A stretch of 64,000 nt of DNA. It comes from Guillardia theta CCMP2712. Lineage: Eukaryota > Protista > Cryptophyta. The position numbers and the translations under genes were made by a program. This document shows positions 39,303 to 53,078 of the stretch, piece after piece. The number at the start of each line of letters is the position of its first letter. Position 1 is the first letter of the stretch. The stretch is from the NCBI RefSeq assembly GCF_000315625.1, contig NW_005434613.1:404441-468440 (forward strand), written 5' to 3'. The notes beneath the pieces were generated by a model. The model was not told the origin of the DNA. It ran no database searches and saw only the letters and a list, made by a program, of their open reading frames with translations.

Positions 39303-42300
39303 ATGGCGCAGCCGTCTTTCGTAAGCCACATGCTGCCGCCTCCCTCCATGTCCCTGACGCCCATGCAGGTCACATCCGCGCTGGAGATCACCGGAGATGT
39401 CGTCGAGCTTCCACGAACCCACGCGATTGTGCGAGCAGTACCAATCTCACAGGTTGGCAACTCCATCAGCATGCCAGGAGACCGAGACTGGAAGTATGCA
39501 AACATCATGTCACAGAAGGTCAACGATGTACAGAAGGTCTCCTTGGACGTGTTTGATTGTTTCCAATGAGTCACATGATTTGCACGACAGATTCAAAACC
39601 CTCCTGATGACATTGCTCTACATTGCAAGGATGGAGAGGTTCAGATGACATTATACATCACATGGGATATGTCTTGGTCAGATGTGAGTCTACAACTTGA
39701 AATTCTGTATATTGGCCCCTACTCAAAATTTGATGCAGATTCTCGACCTCCTTAAACAGAAGTTCCATCGCGCTTGCGTGTTTTCGTATTATGACCGAAC
39801 GTCAAGGACAGAATTTCTGATCAACAGCGAAGTATTTTGATCATTCAGCATCATCCAACTTTTGGAATAAGATCCTTTGCAGGACGACTTCGACTTCTTT
39901 TGCAGCAAGATAGAGAAATTCGGGGAGGCTACGGTACACATCAAAAATGCAACATTCATGCCGTCAGGTATTGAGACATCTTTTATATGAATTTTGAGTC
40001 ATTTGAATGGTATGCAGATTTTGTCACTGATCAATTCCTTGTACCTTCACAACCCTTCGAAGAGGAATCGTCACAAACAAACACATCCGAACTCGAAATT
40101 GGAGATGGTATGTGCTTGCATGGTTTTGAATCCATTATCTCACTCCACAAAAAGTAGGTCTGCTTGAAGAAAAGATGTCATTCCATCGGAGATCATGGTT
40201 TTCAAGATTTAGTGACTGTCCAATACCTCTCGTCTACATGATTCTCTTCGGGGGATCTGGTTTCGTCTTGTCGGTCCTGGCTGTTGTGTTGGGTTACATG
40301 TTCGACTTCAACAACGTCGCTGCCATCGCTGTAGCTCTGCCATGCAATATCTTCTTTCTAAGTTTCTGGGTGAAAGAGGTACGTGTCCACATAGCAATCT
40401 TCATAGAAACTTAATGTCAAGACAGGTCGAATCGGGATTTGCTTTTCTGTTTCGTTTGGGTGTAGGATTTCTAGGATTTTACAGCTCTTTGGTCGCTATG
40501 GTCTCATTTGGGTGATGAGGCTGCTTGTGTCAGTGTCACATAGTACTAATCCTTTGACAAAGGATTACCAAGCAATTCTTCGTGTTGGCCATTTGCTTCC
40601 TGTACCTTCTTTCTTGCTTTTGGTATGTCGAGATTTGTATAAGAGCTCTCGGATGGGAGAGGTAAGAAAACTGTTACCTACATTGTCGGAATTAACATTG
40701 CACGACTAGCTGGTTTCAAGGGATTAGAAACCTGTATAATTGGGTCATTGGGGGATGTACATTAGGTGAGTGACTCTAACATTCAAACATTCGACCCTGA
40801 TATCTGGAATCAGTCGGATTTCGGCAACCAGAAGACGTCGAGGAGATTCAAATCCTTGGGGAACCTCCACCGCCGTCGATCTTCAATGCATTTCAAACAG
40901 TTGAAGAGCGATTTCCCGGCGCTCAGTGGATCAGACCGGTCGAGTTTTCTTCCCGAATCGCGAGTTCTCTGAAATTTTCAACAGAAAGTTGGCCAAAGAG
41001 TGAAACATATTGGAACCTGCCTTGCAAATTTGTCTGAAAAGATGAGCCCGTTGGGGCCATGGGAAGAAGGAATCATAGAAAAGAAACTAGCACGACAGCT
41101 ACGAAAGTGGTTGGTCCGTCTAGGAAACAAAACAGACGCTGACTTCAAGAAGTTCTCAACTCTTCCTTGGGGCACTGTGACATATGTCGGTTCGATTGGC
41201 ATCAAAGTAGAGTGGGACATTGAAACGATTCCTGGCATCAAGGATGCGGGATATTATGCTGATGGAGAGGATGGATTCTATGAGTTGGTTCTGTATCAAG
41301 AGGACGATACTGCCAAAGATGAGCTGTACGAGGACGGAACTAGAATTCACTCTGGGGGAAGGTAAGTGCTACTGATGATTTGTGGACATATAATTCAATT
41401 CACTTACAATTGCTTTAGTCGTGTCACGTCGGTGACAACTTTTCTTCTCTACTTTTCGAGACGATTTTGTATGCTGTTTTGGTATTGGCTGGCTTTCTTT
41501 GCATACTTCGGACTGCTGTATGCTCTTGAATACAGTCTCACGCGCTACGCTGTCTTTCAAGCAATGGGAGGAGTGCAATACGTAGCGAAAGGGCAGATGT
41601 TGAACGCGCGGCCTGGAAACAATGTCAACCTTCATATGTACTGCAAAGGACCAGCAATACTCTCTGATTATGATGGAAGACCTGCGATCGTGACAGAGGC
41701 CATGGAAGGTGAACAAACTGTCAAGAATCACTGACGATCATCCTGACTTTCTGTCAGGAATCGGCCAAGGAATCTCAATGGCTCGACTGCAAGATTATGT
41801 CACCACTAAAGGAATCTGCTGCGTAAGTATCTGCATTTTCATTTTACCTGTTTTCTTTACTCCGCTTGTTTGTGATTACATTGGCAGGTGTATGATAGAG
41901 TAGGATTTGGGTGGAGCTCAAACCTGAACGATGGTCCACGAACTCCCCGGAACATTACTAACTTGTTAAAATATGCGCTGCTGTACGGCACAGATTCAGT
42001 TAGCGGCAGTCCTCTCTCCTGGACTCTATCATATCAGGGAGCAAACAATGAAACGCTGACGAAGAGCATTCCTATCAAACCTCCGTTTGTGCTACTCGGA
42101 AACAGCGCAGGTGCTTTGTATGTCAGGCAGTTTGCACACGAAAATCCAGAGCTGGTTGCTGCCATGATACTGATTGACCCATTGCCAGCGATGCCAACAA
42201 CCCAGGGGTATATCTTATCGCCTCAGCAGAAATTATTGAGTCCCTTCTGGATGAACTTGTGTTTGAGATTTCTTCAACCCATGGGTTTGGTATACACTCT

Positions 42301-45300
42301 ATTTCCAAACATAGTTTACCAACTTTTCAATCCCTCGACAGCTTTTCTGTTCAACGGAGGTCATTCAGCAAGCTATGATTCTTTCCAGATCATGACTAGC
42401 TTCATGTTTGTCAGCAGCTGGTGTCCGGCTGTGTTGAACGAGTATCAAGGTCTGTACAGTAATCCGCAAGTTGGAATTCAGACAGTTGAACAGGCAGACA
42501 AAGCTGGCTACAGCATGCCTACGGTGATTTGGATTCGAAATGTAGACAATTTAGCTGGAACAAAGTCTACAGACAAGATTTACCCTCCCCTGCAGAGTTC
42601 TGTGTCGAGCAGACGAAATTCAAATGCAACAAGCTGCACGAATAACTGCCTTAGCTGGCAAGACGTGGGCAGGTCCCTGGTTCAATACTTTCGGAATCCT
42701 TGGATAGATCCTTTCACGGCAGCGCCAGACATCATGCTCGGCGATAGCACTGGATGCGTTGTGAACAATTGTGATGAATATACTGCGATGGAGAATGCGT
42801 TTGAGATCAACTCTGCGGTAATTGATGATTCAAAAAATCCGAAATTTTGAGACCTGACTTTGTGTCGTAGGTTTTGGACATATACAATATGCTTGGATAT
42901 CGAGTGAATATTTCGAGCACACAATGGAAAATCCGAATGGCTGGAATCGCATCCAATTTCTCCGAAGCAAAGTTCAAGGATGACCTCGGCGTCGTTCTCC
43001 GTCAAATAACAAGTGAGTTCATTTTCGTCACAAGCCCTGTCCAAGTCATTCGTCCCAACGTCGGTGCTACAGTGCCGACTCCTCCAGCAAACAAGGATCA
43101 ATACGTCGGGTTTTCGGGCACGGAGTTTGGAACTCCGAATTACGTGCCCATTAAGAATTTGGGGACGTTTGAAGTCGAAGTCTATTTCTATGGACACAAG
43201 CAACTGACTGTAGAATGGGCTACAGGGAATTTGAATGGAAATCAAAATGCCTTGGATACTACAGCATTGTCCAGACGAACAGTGTTCTTGCATCAATGGC
43301 AGGTCCTGGAAATACAAGAGAAAAGCTGCATTACAGTGTCAAATCTATCTTGTTCGTTCCAGAACATTGATATCTTCTCCTCAACGTTTGCTCTTCCCAT
43401 CTATGGATGCCCTCAAAACTCGTACAAGACTGGTAGCTTTTGTACAGCTTGCCCCATCTCAACCACTTCGATCAGCGGGGCCACGAGTTTGGTTGCATGC
43501 TTCAAATGTGATTCTAATGGGACGTCGCCAACATCTGGAATATATCAGTACCTGTCCTGTGATGGAAAGACCTGTCAGAAATGTCCAGCAGAAACTCTGA
43601 GCAGTGAGGGATCTCTTGGACTGTCAGATTGCACGCCCATCCCTGTCATCACCTTCTGGTTGAATGGACCGATCGGAAATACTTACACCGCCGACAACGT
43701 TACTGCACAAGGACTTGGACGGCCATCTCACAACCCGTTCAACAAGAGCAAGTTTCGAGAGATGTTGACCCTTGTTGCAAACATCTCTTACGATCGAATA
43801 ACATTCCTTGGTGAACCACAAGAAATCAGCAATTACCCAGAATCCCGCTGCGAACAGTTGCGAGGTGCTTGCATATTTCAGTTTTCAGTCATGTTTTATG
43901 CAAGCTCAACGGAGCTTCTCAAGACTTCGGTTGCGAGAGTCACGGGCGATGAGTGTAAGAAGTATGACCGAATCACTTGCGTGTATCCGGATGTGAATGG
44001 GACGGCACAGCTCTGGCGAACAAAAATGATGTACGAGTATCAAATTCTCAAGATCTTCACAGAAACCAGACAGAGCAAAGCCGCCGGGACTTGTCCCGAC
44101 AAATGGATCGTGGGACCAAAACTCCTCATTGATGTGGATCTTTTCAAGAGCAGCTTTCTTTCTGTCACTTACGCCTGTCCGAATAAGTACTACCAATCTT
44201 CCAGTGGATTTTGTGAACCTTGTCCTGACATGACAACCTCTGATCAGGGAGCCACTGATATCGCTCACTGCATCCCTTACAACAGCTTCTTTCTCACCGC
44301 AAAGGATGCTTCGCTGACCTACGATTCTCGGACTAGAATTGCATCCGGGGGTCAGACCTCGGCACAGCCAAACGCCTATGACATCAACAAGAACCCGGTT
44401 TACTACATCATTCGCGGATACTCTCTACATCCTTACCAGATAGCCTCGCCTGCGAGCCCTGCGCTTGGGAATCAGATAAGCTACTGCTCGAATCGTTTGA
44501 ACTGCTTCAACGAGAGCGAGTTTCGTGTGAACCTGAGCACTGTTCTGCAAGGAAAGGTCACGGCCAATGAGATTCGTTTGGTCAAAGCAGACTTCTGCAA
44601 TTCCACAGATATGTACCAGAAACGTCTCTGCGGTCCATGGCCGGGAGTTGCACCGTACAACAAACAGTGTGTCTGTGCCAACATATCAAACTCGTCGATA
44701 TGCTACGAGACCAGGGGATATCTCCATCTTTCTTTGTACATCGGCAAGACTGCAAATGTGAACTCACCGTTCCAGTCTAACGTGAAAACAGCATCTGATT
44801 GTGCACAAATCTTGCAGACTCCAGACTATTTGAACTTCAGTGCAAACGCATTCCTTTACAATCCTAACTCCTTGACATGTTGGCCTCGTGTTTTGGATCT
44901 GAAAAGCGAGAATCTACATTCGAATCTCTTCTGCTACTCGAATAGTCCAGATTGTCGGGACTTGGTCGCAAACTTTGCACAAGATAAGGTCGTTGCTGCA
45001 GACAAGCTGGCAGGAACTCAGTTGTACTGGATCAACACTAGCTCCTGTATGATGAACAATTCGTTTGTCCTGGAAGATTCTTCGAAATGTGACCTCAAAT
45101 CGAATCTCAATTCAAACCCGTTGGACATCCACCACTACATCATCAGTCTCCATGCGGACAACGCAAGTAATCTGAGAGATGCTGTGAGCATCCTGACCTC
45201 AGCGGCTGGAAATGAAAACGAGTTGAAGTATCAATTCTTCACGAATTACGCCATCTTGCAAGTGATGGAGGCTGAAGACAAGTCACTTATCAACGGGACG

Positions 45301-47559
45301 TCAGCGGAGAGGAGTCTGATCCAGTCGAACAACTTCGATCCCCACATGCCTTACCTAGTAGAGACCACTGCTCTCTGCAACGTTTCTGGTTGGGCTCGAG
45401 GTGCTTCTTGTCTGTCGACCGCATCTGCAATGGTTTCGTCTGGGTACGCAGCATGTGTCTTCAACGCGACCCTGCAGAAGGTCGTGCAGGTTTGCCCTGC
45501 GGGATATGCCGCTAGCTGCGGTGAAGGTTTGCCTCCTGAATGCATCAGCCAAAACTCTTCTCATCGTCAGGCGTCCCTTGCATTCTTGTTACCCTTCGAT
45601 TCCTACGCTAAGCTCTATTTCAAAAGCAATGCGCAGCTGAGCCTTTGTCAAGCAGCAACATGCAAATACCTACCTGCAGATGTTCTGCTGACCCGAGTTG
45701 ATATCGGATGGTCGAGCACAGCAGGTGTGCCGTCTGAGTTAGTTCTGCTGGTGTTTAGCGATGGAAGCTCTCAAACTCTCAACCTGACGCATCCGGATCA
45801 AGTCTTCACCTACTACATCCAGCCGGTGGTCACTCAGTCCCTGTCAATACAATCTCCGACGGCGTTGTATGATCTTTCCGTATTTTGGTTGGAGCCTTTC
45901 GGACAGCAGTTTTCCGAGACCAGGCATAATGAAGCCATGAAGGTCGCAGACATCTTACAGCAAGACTTCATGGCGAGAGATTACAACTTCTCTTGTCCCC
46001 CCACCACCTTCAGATCAGGAAGATATTGCACCGCGTGCCCTTATCCGCAGGTCAACTTTGGGCCCAACGGCCATGAGTGCCGTTGCCCTGTATGCGGCGA
46101 TGGTGCAGTGCAATGGCAGGCGAGGGAGCAGTGTGACGACGGCAACCTGATCAACAACGATGGTTGTAGCTCGGAGTGTACCATCGAGGTCTCGCAAGTC
46201 TGTCAGGGCCCCAAGAATCCTTTCACCTTGGTCGGGATCCCATCCGAGTCTTACTACATCAAAGATCAGTGCAACCGCCCCGGCGCCTTCTGGACGGACT
46301 TCGGCACTGCGTCGTTTGCGCCGCGTTTCGGACTGACGGCAACCTATCACCGCAACTACACGTGGATCTTCGGAGGTGATGCCGCTGGTTCTATCGCTCC
46401 CTCCCCTCCTGACCCGTTTGCAGGCATCGGCTCCAACTTCGCCAACTTCTACAACGACATCTGGATCATGAACGAGACGGACCTCTGCGTCCCCAGGAAA
46501 GAGTCTCAGTCTTGCGCGAATGCCGGGCCCAACGGAGGCTCTCCGGTGATCTATCACAAGATCACATCGATAGGCGACACACAACCCAGCGCGCGGGGCC
46601 TGCACGGAATGATCTCCTTCAAGGGGAAGCTGTATCTTATCGGGGGAGCGATAGCCAACAACGAACAACAGAGAAATCTGAATCAAAGTTTTGATGATGG
46701 TGATGCCTGCGTCTGTTGCTCCCGCACACTGACGATGATCTTCAGTATTTCAATCGGACGGAGTGCCGTCAACAGGAGGAACTGTCACCTGGACGCGTGT
46801 TGGACGCCTTCCGCAGGCTCGATGTATGTTCAGCCTCATTGAGTTCAACAACACCATCGTCATCATGGGAGGATTGTACGTGACAACTGCAGGAGGCCTC
46901 GTTGCTAACCCGATCAGCAACGTGCTGGCGGCGGACCTGCGAGACCCGCAGTTCGGCAGGTCCTGGGCCCTCCTGACAGAAACGGCGAGATGGGGGCAGC
47001 GATACGGTCACACGGTGACGATCCGGGAGAATCTGCTCTACCTGTTTGGGGGGATCGTGGGTAAGAACGCGATGAACGACGTCTGGAGGTCTGCAGATGG
47101 AATCACTTGGATACAGCTGACGTCGTCAACGAGATGGTAATCGCAAGTGTGTCGGACAAGTTGCGATGTGACTCGCAGTGTTCAGGGGACGACGAGGGCT
47201 GCTGTCAAGCATCTACTACAAGCAGAGCTTGTGGGTGCTTGGAGGGTTCAACAGCACCATGAGCTCGACGATAGAACCCAACAAGTTCTACAGCGACGTC
47301 TGGGTGTCGACGGGGCTGGAGAAGAGAGCCGATGGCTCGTTGGCTGATCCTGGTGAGATTTGGCAGCCGGCGACTGAGAACGCAGCGTGGTTGAAACGGG
47401 GAGCCTTCGGTAAGGAGATGTTGCTTCGTGCTTGTTTGATGGTTGGGTGCAGCCCTAGCGGTGTACGAGAAAGGAGCGACAAACAACCTCTGGCTGTTTG
47501 GCGGGATGGACTCGCTGATACAGGGACGTAGCGACAGCTTCCGGGCATATGTGTTGTAG
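39303..47559 (+). CDS. Giant membrane protein: PB1-like domain, several TMs, alpha/beta hydrolase, Cys-rich (GCC2/3-like) repeats, DUF4215-type repeat, Kelch repeats
   Basis: FSYYD..INSE/DDFD; hydrophobic helices 40220-40650 and 41420-41540; LHMYCKG, YDRVGFGWS, LLGNSAGALYVRQFA..PELVAAMILID; CTACP..TTS..GAT; CGDG..EQCDDGNLINNDGCSSEC; WIFGG, LYLIGG, RYGHTV..LYLFGG..NDVWRS. An in-frame intron joins NSA|VLDIY at ~42818-42870. Confidence 0.75.
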
Positions 47560-47689
47560 ATAGATAGTGATGTATCGATAGAGAGGAGGAGATTGGACAT
47601 GGGAGAAGGAAAACAAGGACAAGCAGTTGAACATGAAAGATGTGTTTGGTTGCATGTAAACATTTCACGGCTCCTTGGCATGTTAGAGC

Positions 47690-48347
47690 TCAAAAAATTA
47701 TCCCGCGCTCCAGTCGCGCTCGTTCTAGTCGCTCCTCCTGGTATTTGTCCTTGGCTCTCTGAAAGGCGATAGCAGTAGCCTCCTCCCAGACCTGAACCTC
47801 CGTCAGACCACCTGTAGCTCAAGTACAGCTGGGGGGTTACCTGGGTGGGGATGTATTCCTCCATGAGCTGATCTTCTAGAGATTCTTCCCACATGTTCCC
47901 GCTGCTCTCAAGACGAGCTATCGCCGCCTCTGCCTCCATCACAGTCATCCTTCGCANNNNNNNNNNNNNNNNNNNNNNNNNNNNNNNNNNNNNNNNNNNN
48001 NNNNNNNNNNNNNNNNNNNNNNNNNNNNNNNNNNNNNNNNNNNNNNNNNNNNNNNNTCTCCTTCTCCCTCTCCTTCTCCCTCTCTCCTCCTCCTCCTCCT
48101 CCTCCCTCCTCCTCCTCTTGTGCAGACCGCAGGCAGCTCTCGAGTCATGTGGCGAGTGATGCCGATGGCTTTGTCCCTGCGAGCCGTAAGGAGCGGGAGA
48201 GCGGAAAGACGCTGACTGACCTCTGAACCAGGAGACCTCTCACCCTCAAGCCGGGTTCCGGTAGCCTCACGAGGTTGACAACGGCTCCTGGATCTACAAG
48301 TCAACGCACTTGCTGCATCCTCGTCGTCCTCGTCCTCGTCGTCGCCT

Positions 48348-48389
<42 letters not shown>

Positions 48390-51300
48390 TCTCTCGTCCT
48401 CGTCCTTCCAGTACGTCTTCTTCCCCTCTCTCCCTCCTCGCTCTCCCTCTTCGTGCTTTCTCCCCCCGATTTCCTCCCTTCCCCTCTCTTTCTTCCGCCC
48501 ACCTGACTCTCGCTGAATCTCCCTCACAACGGAACCTCGCTGCAGACGCATCAGCCGAAGCATGCACATCGGAAGAGGGGAGGGACGAGAGGCAAGAGAT
48601 GAGAACGGGGAGAGGAGACGTGTACCGAGAGGGTGAGAGAGCAGGAGGAGAGAGCAAGAAGGGGAAGGGGGCAAAGGGGGAGGAGGGGGGAAGGAGAGGG
48701 AGGGAAGCGAGAGGGGGGGGAGGAAGAGGAGGAGAATCAAAGAAATCACCTTGCCGATGATCAACCCATGAAACTTAACTGGAATAGGCAAAAGCTCCTG
48801 CTCCTGCACACGTTCCCATGAGTCACTGACTCCTCTGCACTCATTCCTCGTCCTTCCTTCCTCCTCCCCCTCCTCCCCCTCCCTCTCCTCTTCCTCTTCC
48901 TCATCTTCCTCCTCCTCGACCGGCACCTCCTCCCCCTCCTCCCCCTCGCTCTCCTCTTCCTCTTCCTCGTCCTCATCTTCCTCCTCCTCGACCGGCACCT
49001 CCTCCTCCTCCTCCTCAACCTGCCGGTCGAGGTGTGAGCGAACAATCTTGAGCGCCTCTCGTCGCTGGCTGTTAGTCCCGGAAATCTGCCCAGCTTGTCA
49101 GAGGCGACACAAGACCCCAGCTAGTGTTCAGCTGAGAACTACCTGCAGGAAGGAGGTGTTGCCTTCCTCAATCAGCTGAAGCTTGGCTCCTGTGTCCTTC
49201 TCGATCTGACAAGAGCAGCGTCAGAGGAGGAGGATGTAGGGGAGGACTAGAGGAGGAGCTAGAGGTGGAGCTAGACGAGGTAAAGGAGGAGGAGGTAGAG
49301 GAAGGAAGGGAGGGAGTAGAGAAGTGAGAGGAGGAGGAGGTTGTGATGGTGGTGGTCGAGGAGGGTTCAAGCGTTTCTCCTCACCCCTCGGATTCTCGCG
49401 CCCTTGGCACCTACGGGGAGCATAAGAAGGCAGGCAAGGACGAGAAGGGCATGCAGGACGAGAAAAAGGAGAAGAGGAGGGGGGAAATGCTGGAGAGAGA
49501 GCGGGAGGACAGGGCGGAGAGGAGGGAGACAAGATCAGGGAGAGGAGCAGAGGGCACGGAGGAAGAAGAGTGAGATCTTCAAGAGGGAGATGGGTACCTA
49601 TCACGACTGACCACATCTCCTTGGCCAGGTACAACTTCTCCTTCCCCATGCTGTTGAGAATCCCTTGCGCAGCCTGCATCTCCTCAGCCTCGTTCCTGCG
49701 CGACTCCTCCCACCTGATACGCGGCTTTGCGCTGCGATGGCGTCCCCTGCTCGACACGTGAGCGCGGGCTACAGGTAGCAGGCAGTGGAAGGACAAGAAG
49801 GACAAGAGGAGGAGGTGTGGAGAAGGGAGGAGGGGAGGGAGGGAGGGAGGGGAGGGAGGGGAGGAGGGGANNNNNNNNNNNNNNNNNNNNNNNNNNNNNN
49901 NNNNNNNNNNNNNNNNNNNNNNNNNNNNNNNNNNNNNNNNNNNNNNNNNNNNNNNNNNNNNNNNNNNNNNCGATAGGGAAATGTACGTCCGCCCACCAAT
50001 ATTGTTTCTTTTTGCGGCCAACGTGTAAAACCCTGTATTCTTTTTTGGGAGACCTCGCGCTCCTCTTCCATGGCGAAGTGCCATGGCAGGGGGGGGCGAG
50101 GTGCAAGGTCAGCATGCGCTAATGTCATGAGGCGTAGGTCACTCTTACCCTTTCTCCCGCCCCCCGTGCCTTTCGTGATAAATACTCGATAGCATCCCCA
50201 TTCCTTCTTGATCATCGTTCGGAGAGCTATCTCTTTCCTCCTCCCCCCTACCAAGACCTCCTGCAGCATTACCCCCCTCTCCTCTGGTATGTCTCAATCA
50301 GGCATCCCAAGATGTGTTTCAGCACAAACTGGCTGCACCCATTAACATTGTGGGAGGAGGGAGGAGGGAGAGAAGGAAGAAGAGAAGGGAAGGGAGGGAT
50401 GCCGAGGAAGAGGCGGAAGCAGCAAAAAGAGAGGAGAGGAGGAGTATGATCAGGAGGGAGGGGGGAGGGAAAAGGGAAGGAGAATGGACGATAACGCAGA
50501 GGACGGGAAGAGACTGCGGATGAAGGATGATGTACCTATCCTCGCGACTTCCCTCAGGAGCGAGATCGACTGGAAGTTTTCTCCTCCCCCAGCTGAGAAG
50601 GTGACGATAGAAAAGCGACGGGGTGGGCGAACAAGAGCAGAGCAAGTCAGAAGAGGCAGGAGTGAGNNNNNNNNNNNNNNNNNNNNNNNNNNNNNNNNNN
50701 NNNNNNNNNNNNNNNNNNNNNNNNNNNNNNNNNNNNNNNNNNNNNNNNNNNNNNNNNNNNNNNNNNTCTCAGTCGGTGCATCAATCATACTTCCTTACTT
50801 CCTCCTTTTTTCGTTTAACCTTTTGCTTTCCGCGTTCCCCCCAGGCAATAGGGTTTAATCCAAGGCTTTTACCTGACGCTTATCAAAGCTCTACCTGACG
50901 CTCGACCTGAAGCTCCGTCATCCTTCCATCATCGTCTCTTGCTCCTTCCTCATTTCAATTTGTATTCCCTACCCCCTCACCCTCCCTTCTCCACCTCACT
51001 GTGATGTTGTTGTTGCTGTTGTTTTGTCTTTGTCTTTGTCTTTGTGTTTGTTTTTGTTGTTGACGATGATGATGATTACCATTCTGACCCCTTCTCCTCC
51101 TCTTCCTCAAGATTTGCTTGTTACCTGCTGAAACATTCCCTGCACTTTGACTACTTTGCCGAAGCTTTCCTGCAGGACTTAGTTAGCCTTTCCCTTTCCA
51201 GCTTCCCTCCTCATCCTCCCTCTTCCCTCCTTGATCTCCATCTCCTCCTCCTCTTCGTTACCATCAAGTCAACAACGTCAGCTGGTCGAGCACTGTAAGG

Positions 51301-52233
51301 CAGTCCACGCAGGTAGACCTGCTCTGGTCATCAGGCGAGCGAAGGGAGAGAAGATGGAGGAGGAGGAGGAGGAGGAAGAGGAGGAGGAGGAGGAGGAGGA
51401 GGTGGGATGGGGGGTTGCAGGAGGCAAGCAGGTTCGAGCATGAGACGGGCTGTGATAGACAAGATGTGTATGAGGAAGAGCGAAGGAGCACGCGCACCTT
51501 GGAGTTTTCTCCCATCTCCACCTCAGCTAGGGGGGGAGCGTTGAAGCTCAAGTCGTAGGTCCGAAAGTCCTCCTCCCTCTTCGCGCCCTTCTGTGACGGT
51601 GCTGGACGAGGGGAGCCGCTTTCTACCAACCCGAGAGCCTCCAGCAGACGATCTTGAAGCTCCGCTTTCACTCCTCCAACCTTCAACGATCCATGTCACT
51701 ACTCTGTTTCTCCTCCTCCCTCCTCCAATCATCCTTCCCCCTCCCTCCTCCTCCTTCTCCTTCCCAACAACCATCCCACATCCTGTCCTCACCTTGAATC
51801 CCCTGTCCTTCAGCTGCTCCTTCAGCTCTGCTACTGTCATCCGCAGAACTCTCTCCCTACTGATCTCTTCTTCCCGAAAGAACTCTTCCCCCAGTTTCTC
51901 GTCTTCTTCGTCGAAGAACGATGAGCCCTTGTCATCAGTGCTGGTATCAACACTGCTCATCATCATACATGCGCTCTTTTTTATCCCTCTCCCCGTCATT
52001 CCAGTCATCTTCTGCCTCTGGACACATGTCGTCCCGCCAAGGGTTCTGACTTCTCGGGCGAAAGGGGAAAATGGTAGGGTTCCGACGAATCCGAGGAGAG
52101 ATGCGCTTCCAAGAGGCGACCTGGCATTACCTCCTTCTGTTCTGACCTGGACCATCTTCACGTCTCCTGCTTCCGCCATCGCCATCGCCATCGCCATCGC
52201 CATCGCCATCGCCATCGCCATCGCCCTCGCCAT
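47690..52233 (-). CDS. SAP-domain + two KH-domain nucleic-acid-binding protein with possible organellar presequence
   Basis: SAP MTVAELKEQLKDRGFK/VGGVKAELQDRLLEAL; KH1 WSVVIG/AKGARIR/IEKDTGAKLQL/ISGTNSQRREALKIV; KH2 IPVKFHGLIIGK/RGSVVREIQ; last exon VWEEATAIAFQRAKDKYQEERLERARLERGIIF*. Three N-gaps lie inside. Confidence 0.65.
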
Positions 52234-53078
52234 CTTCCGGCCCCTCGACTTCGGCCCCCGAACAACCCACCCTTCTATCAAGCGGACCCCTACCCTCTAT
52301 CTATCCCTGTAGTACCCACCTAAAAGAACAGACTTTCTTCACCCCCACCCTGACCCGGGGCTCCGACTCGTGACTTCGGGCCCGGCGAAACTTGACTGAG
52401 TCCGGAAACCGACTGACTCGGTCCGAGGCTTTACTCAAAGGTAAGTCACTAGTCACTAGTCACAGTGTCAGGGTCTCCTCTAAACAAACGATTTACTCCT
52501 CTACTCTCCTGATTGTCCTCGTACTGATTTTCACTTAACTAAGTCACTGCACTAGTCAACTTACTGCTTCCTGAACCTCTGAGAGTGAAGGCTGCCGACA
52601 TCTCCCTGTGTGCCGCCGCTCAGGGAGGTGGCGATGCCGCAGACCGTCATCATATTAGATGTGCCGGGCCCGGTCCGGGCGGCCCGCGGCGCCGCCGAGA
52701 CGAGCCGCCGGGCCCTGCTATCATCCCCCTCATTCCCTGATATTCCCCTCATCCCCCACCTCAGGCTCAAATTGGTTCCTCTGGATGTCAAATCGGGCGA
52801 ATATCATGTTGGGCCAGATGGCGACGATGAGGGAGGGAGGGATGGAGAGAGAGAGAGAAGGAGAGAGAGGGAAGGAGACAGACAGAGGGAGGGAAGGAGG
52901 GAGAGAGAGGGTGTGTGAGAGAGGGAAGGAGACAGACAGAGAGAGGGAGGGAGGGAGGGAGGGAGGGAGGGAGGGAGAGGAGTGACCGAGAAGCGCCTGC
53001 TGCTCTAAGTCAAAGCTGAGGCCGTCGCATCATTCCTACAGGATGACCTGAGAATCTTCTTCGCCGGGCTCGAGCGGC

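Noticed and set aside
49971-50320. Odd-composition sequence next to an N-gap as a possible insertion
   Set aside because: Gap-adjacent sequence is probably low quality; no element hallmarks.
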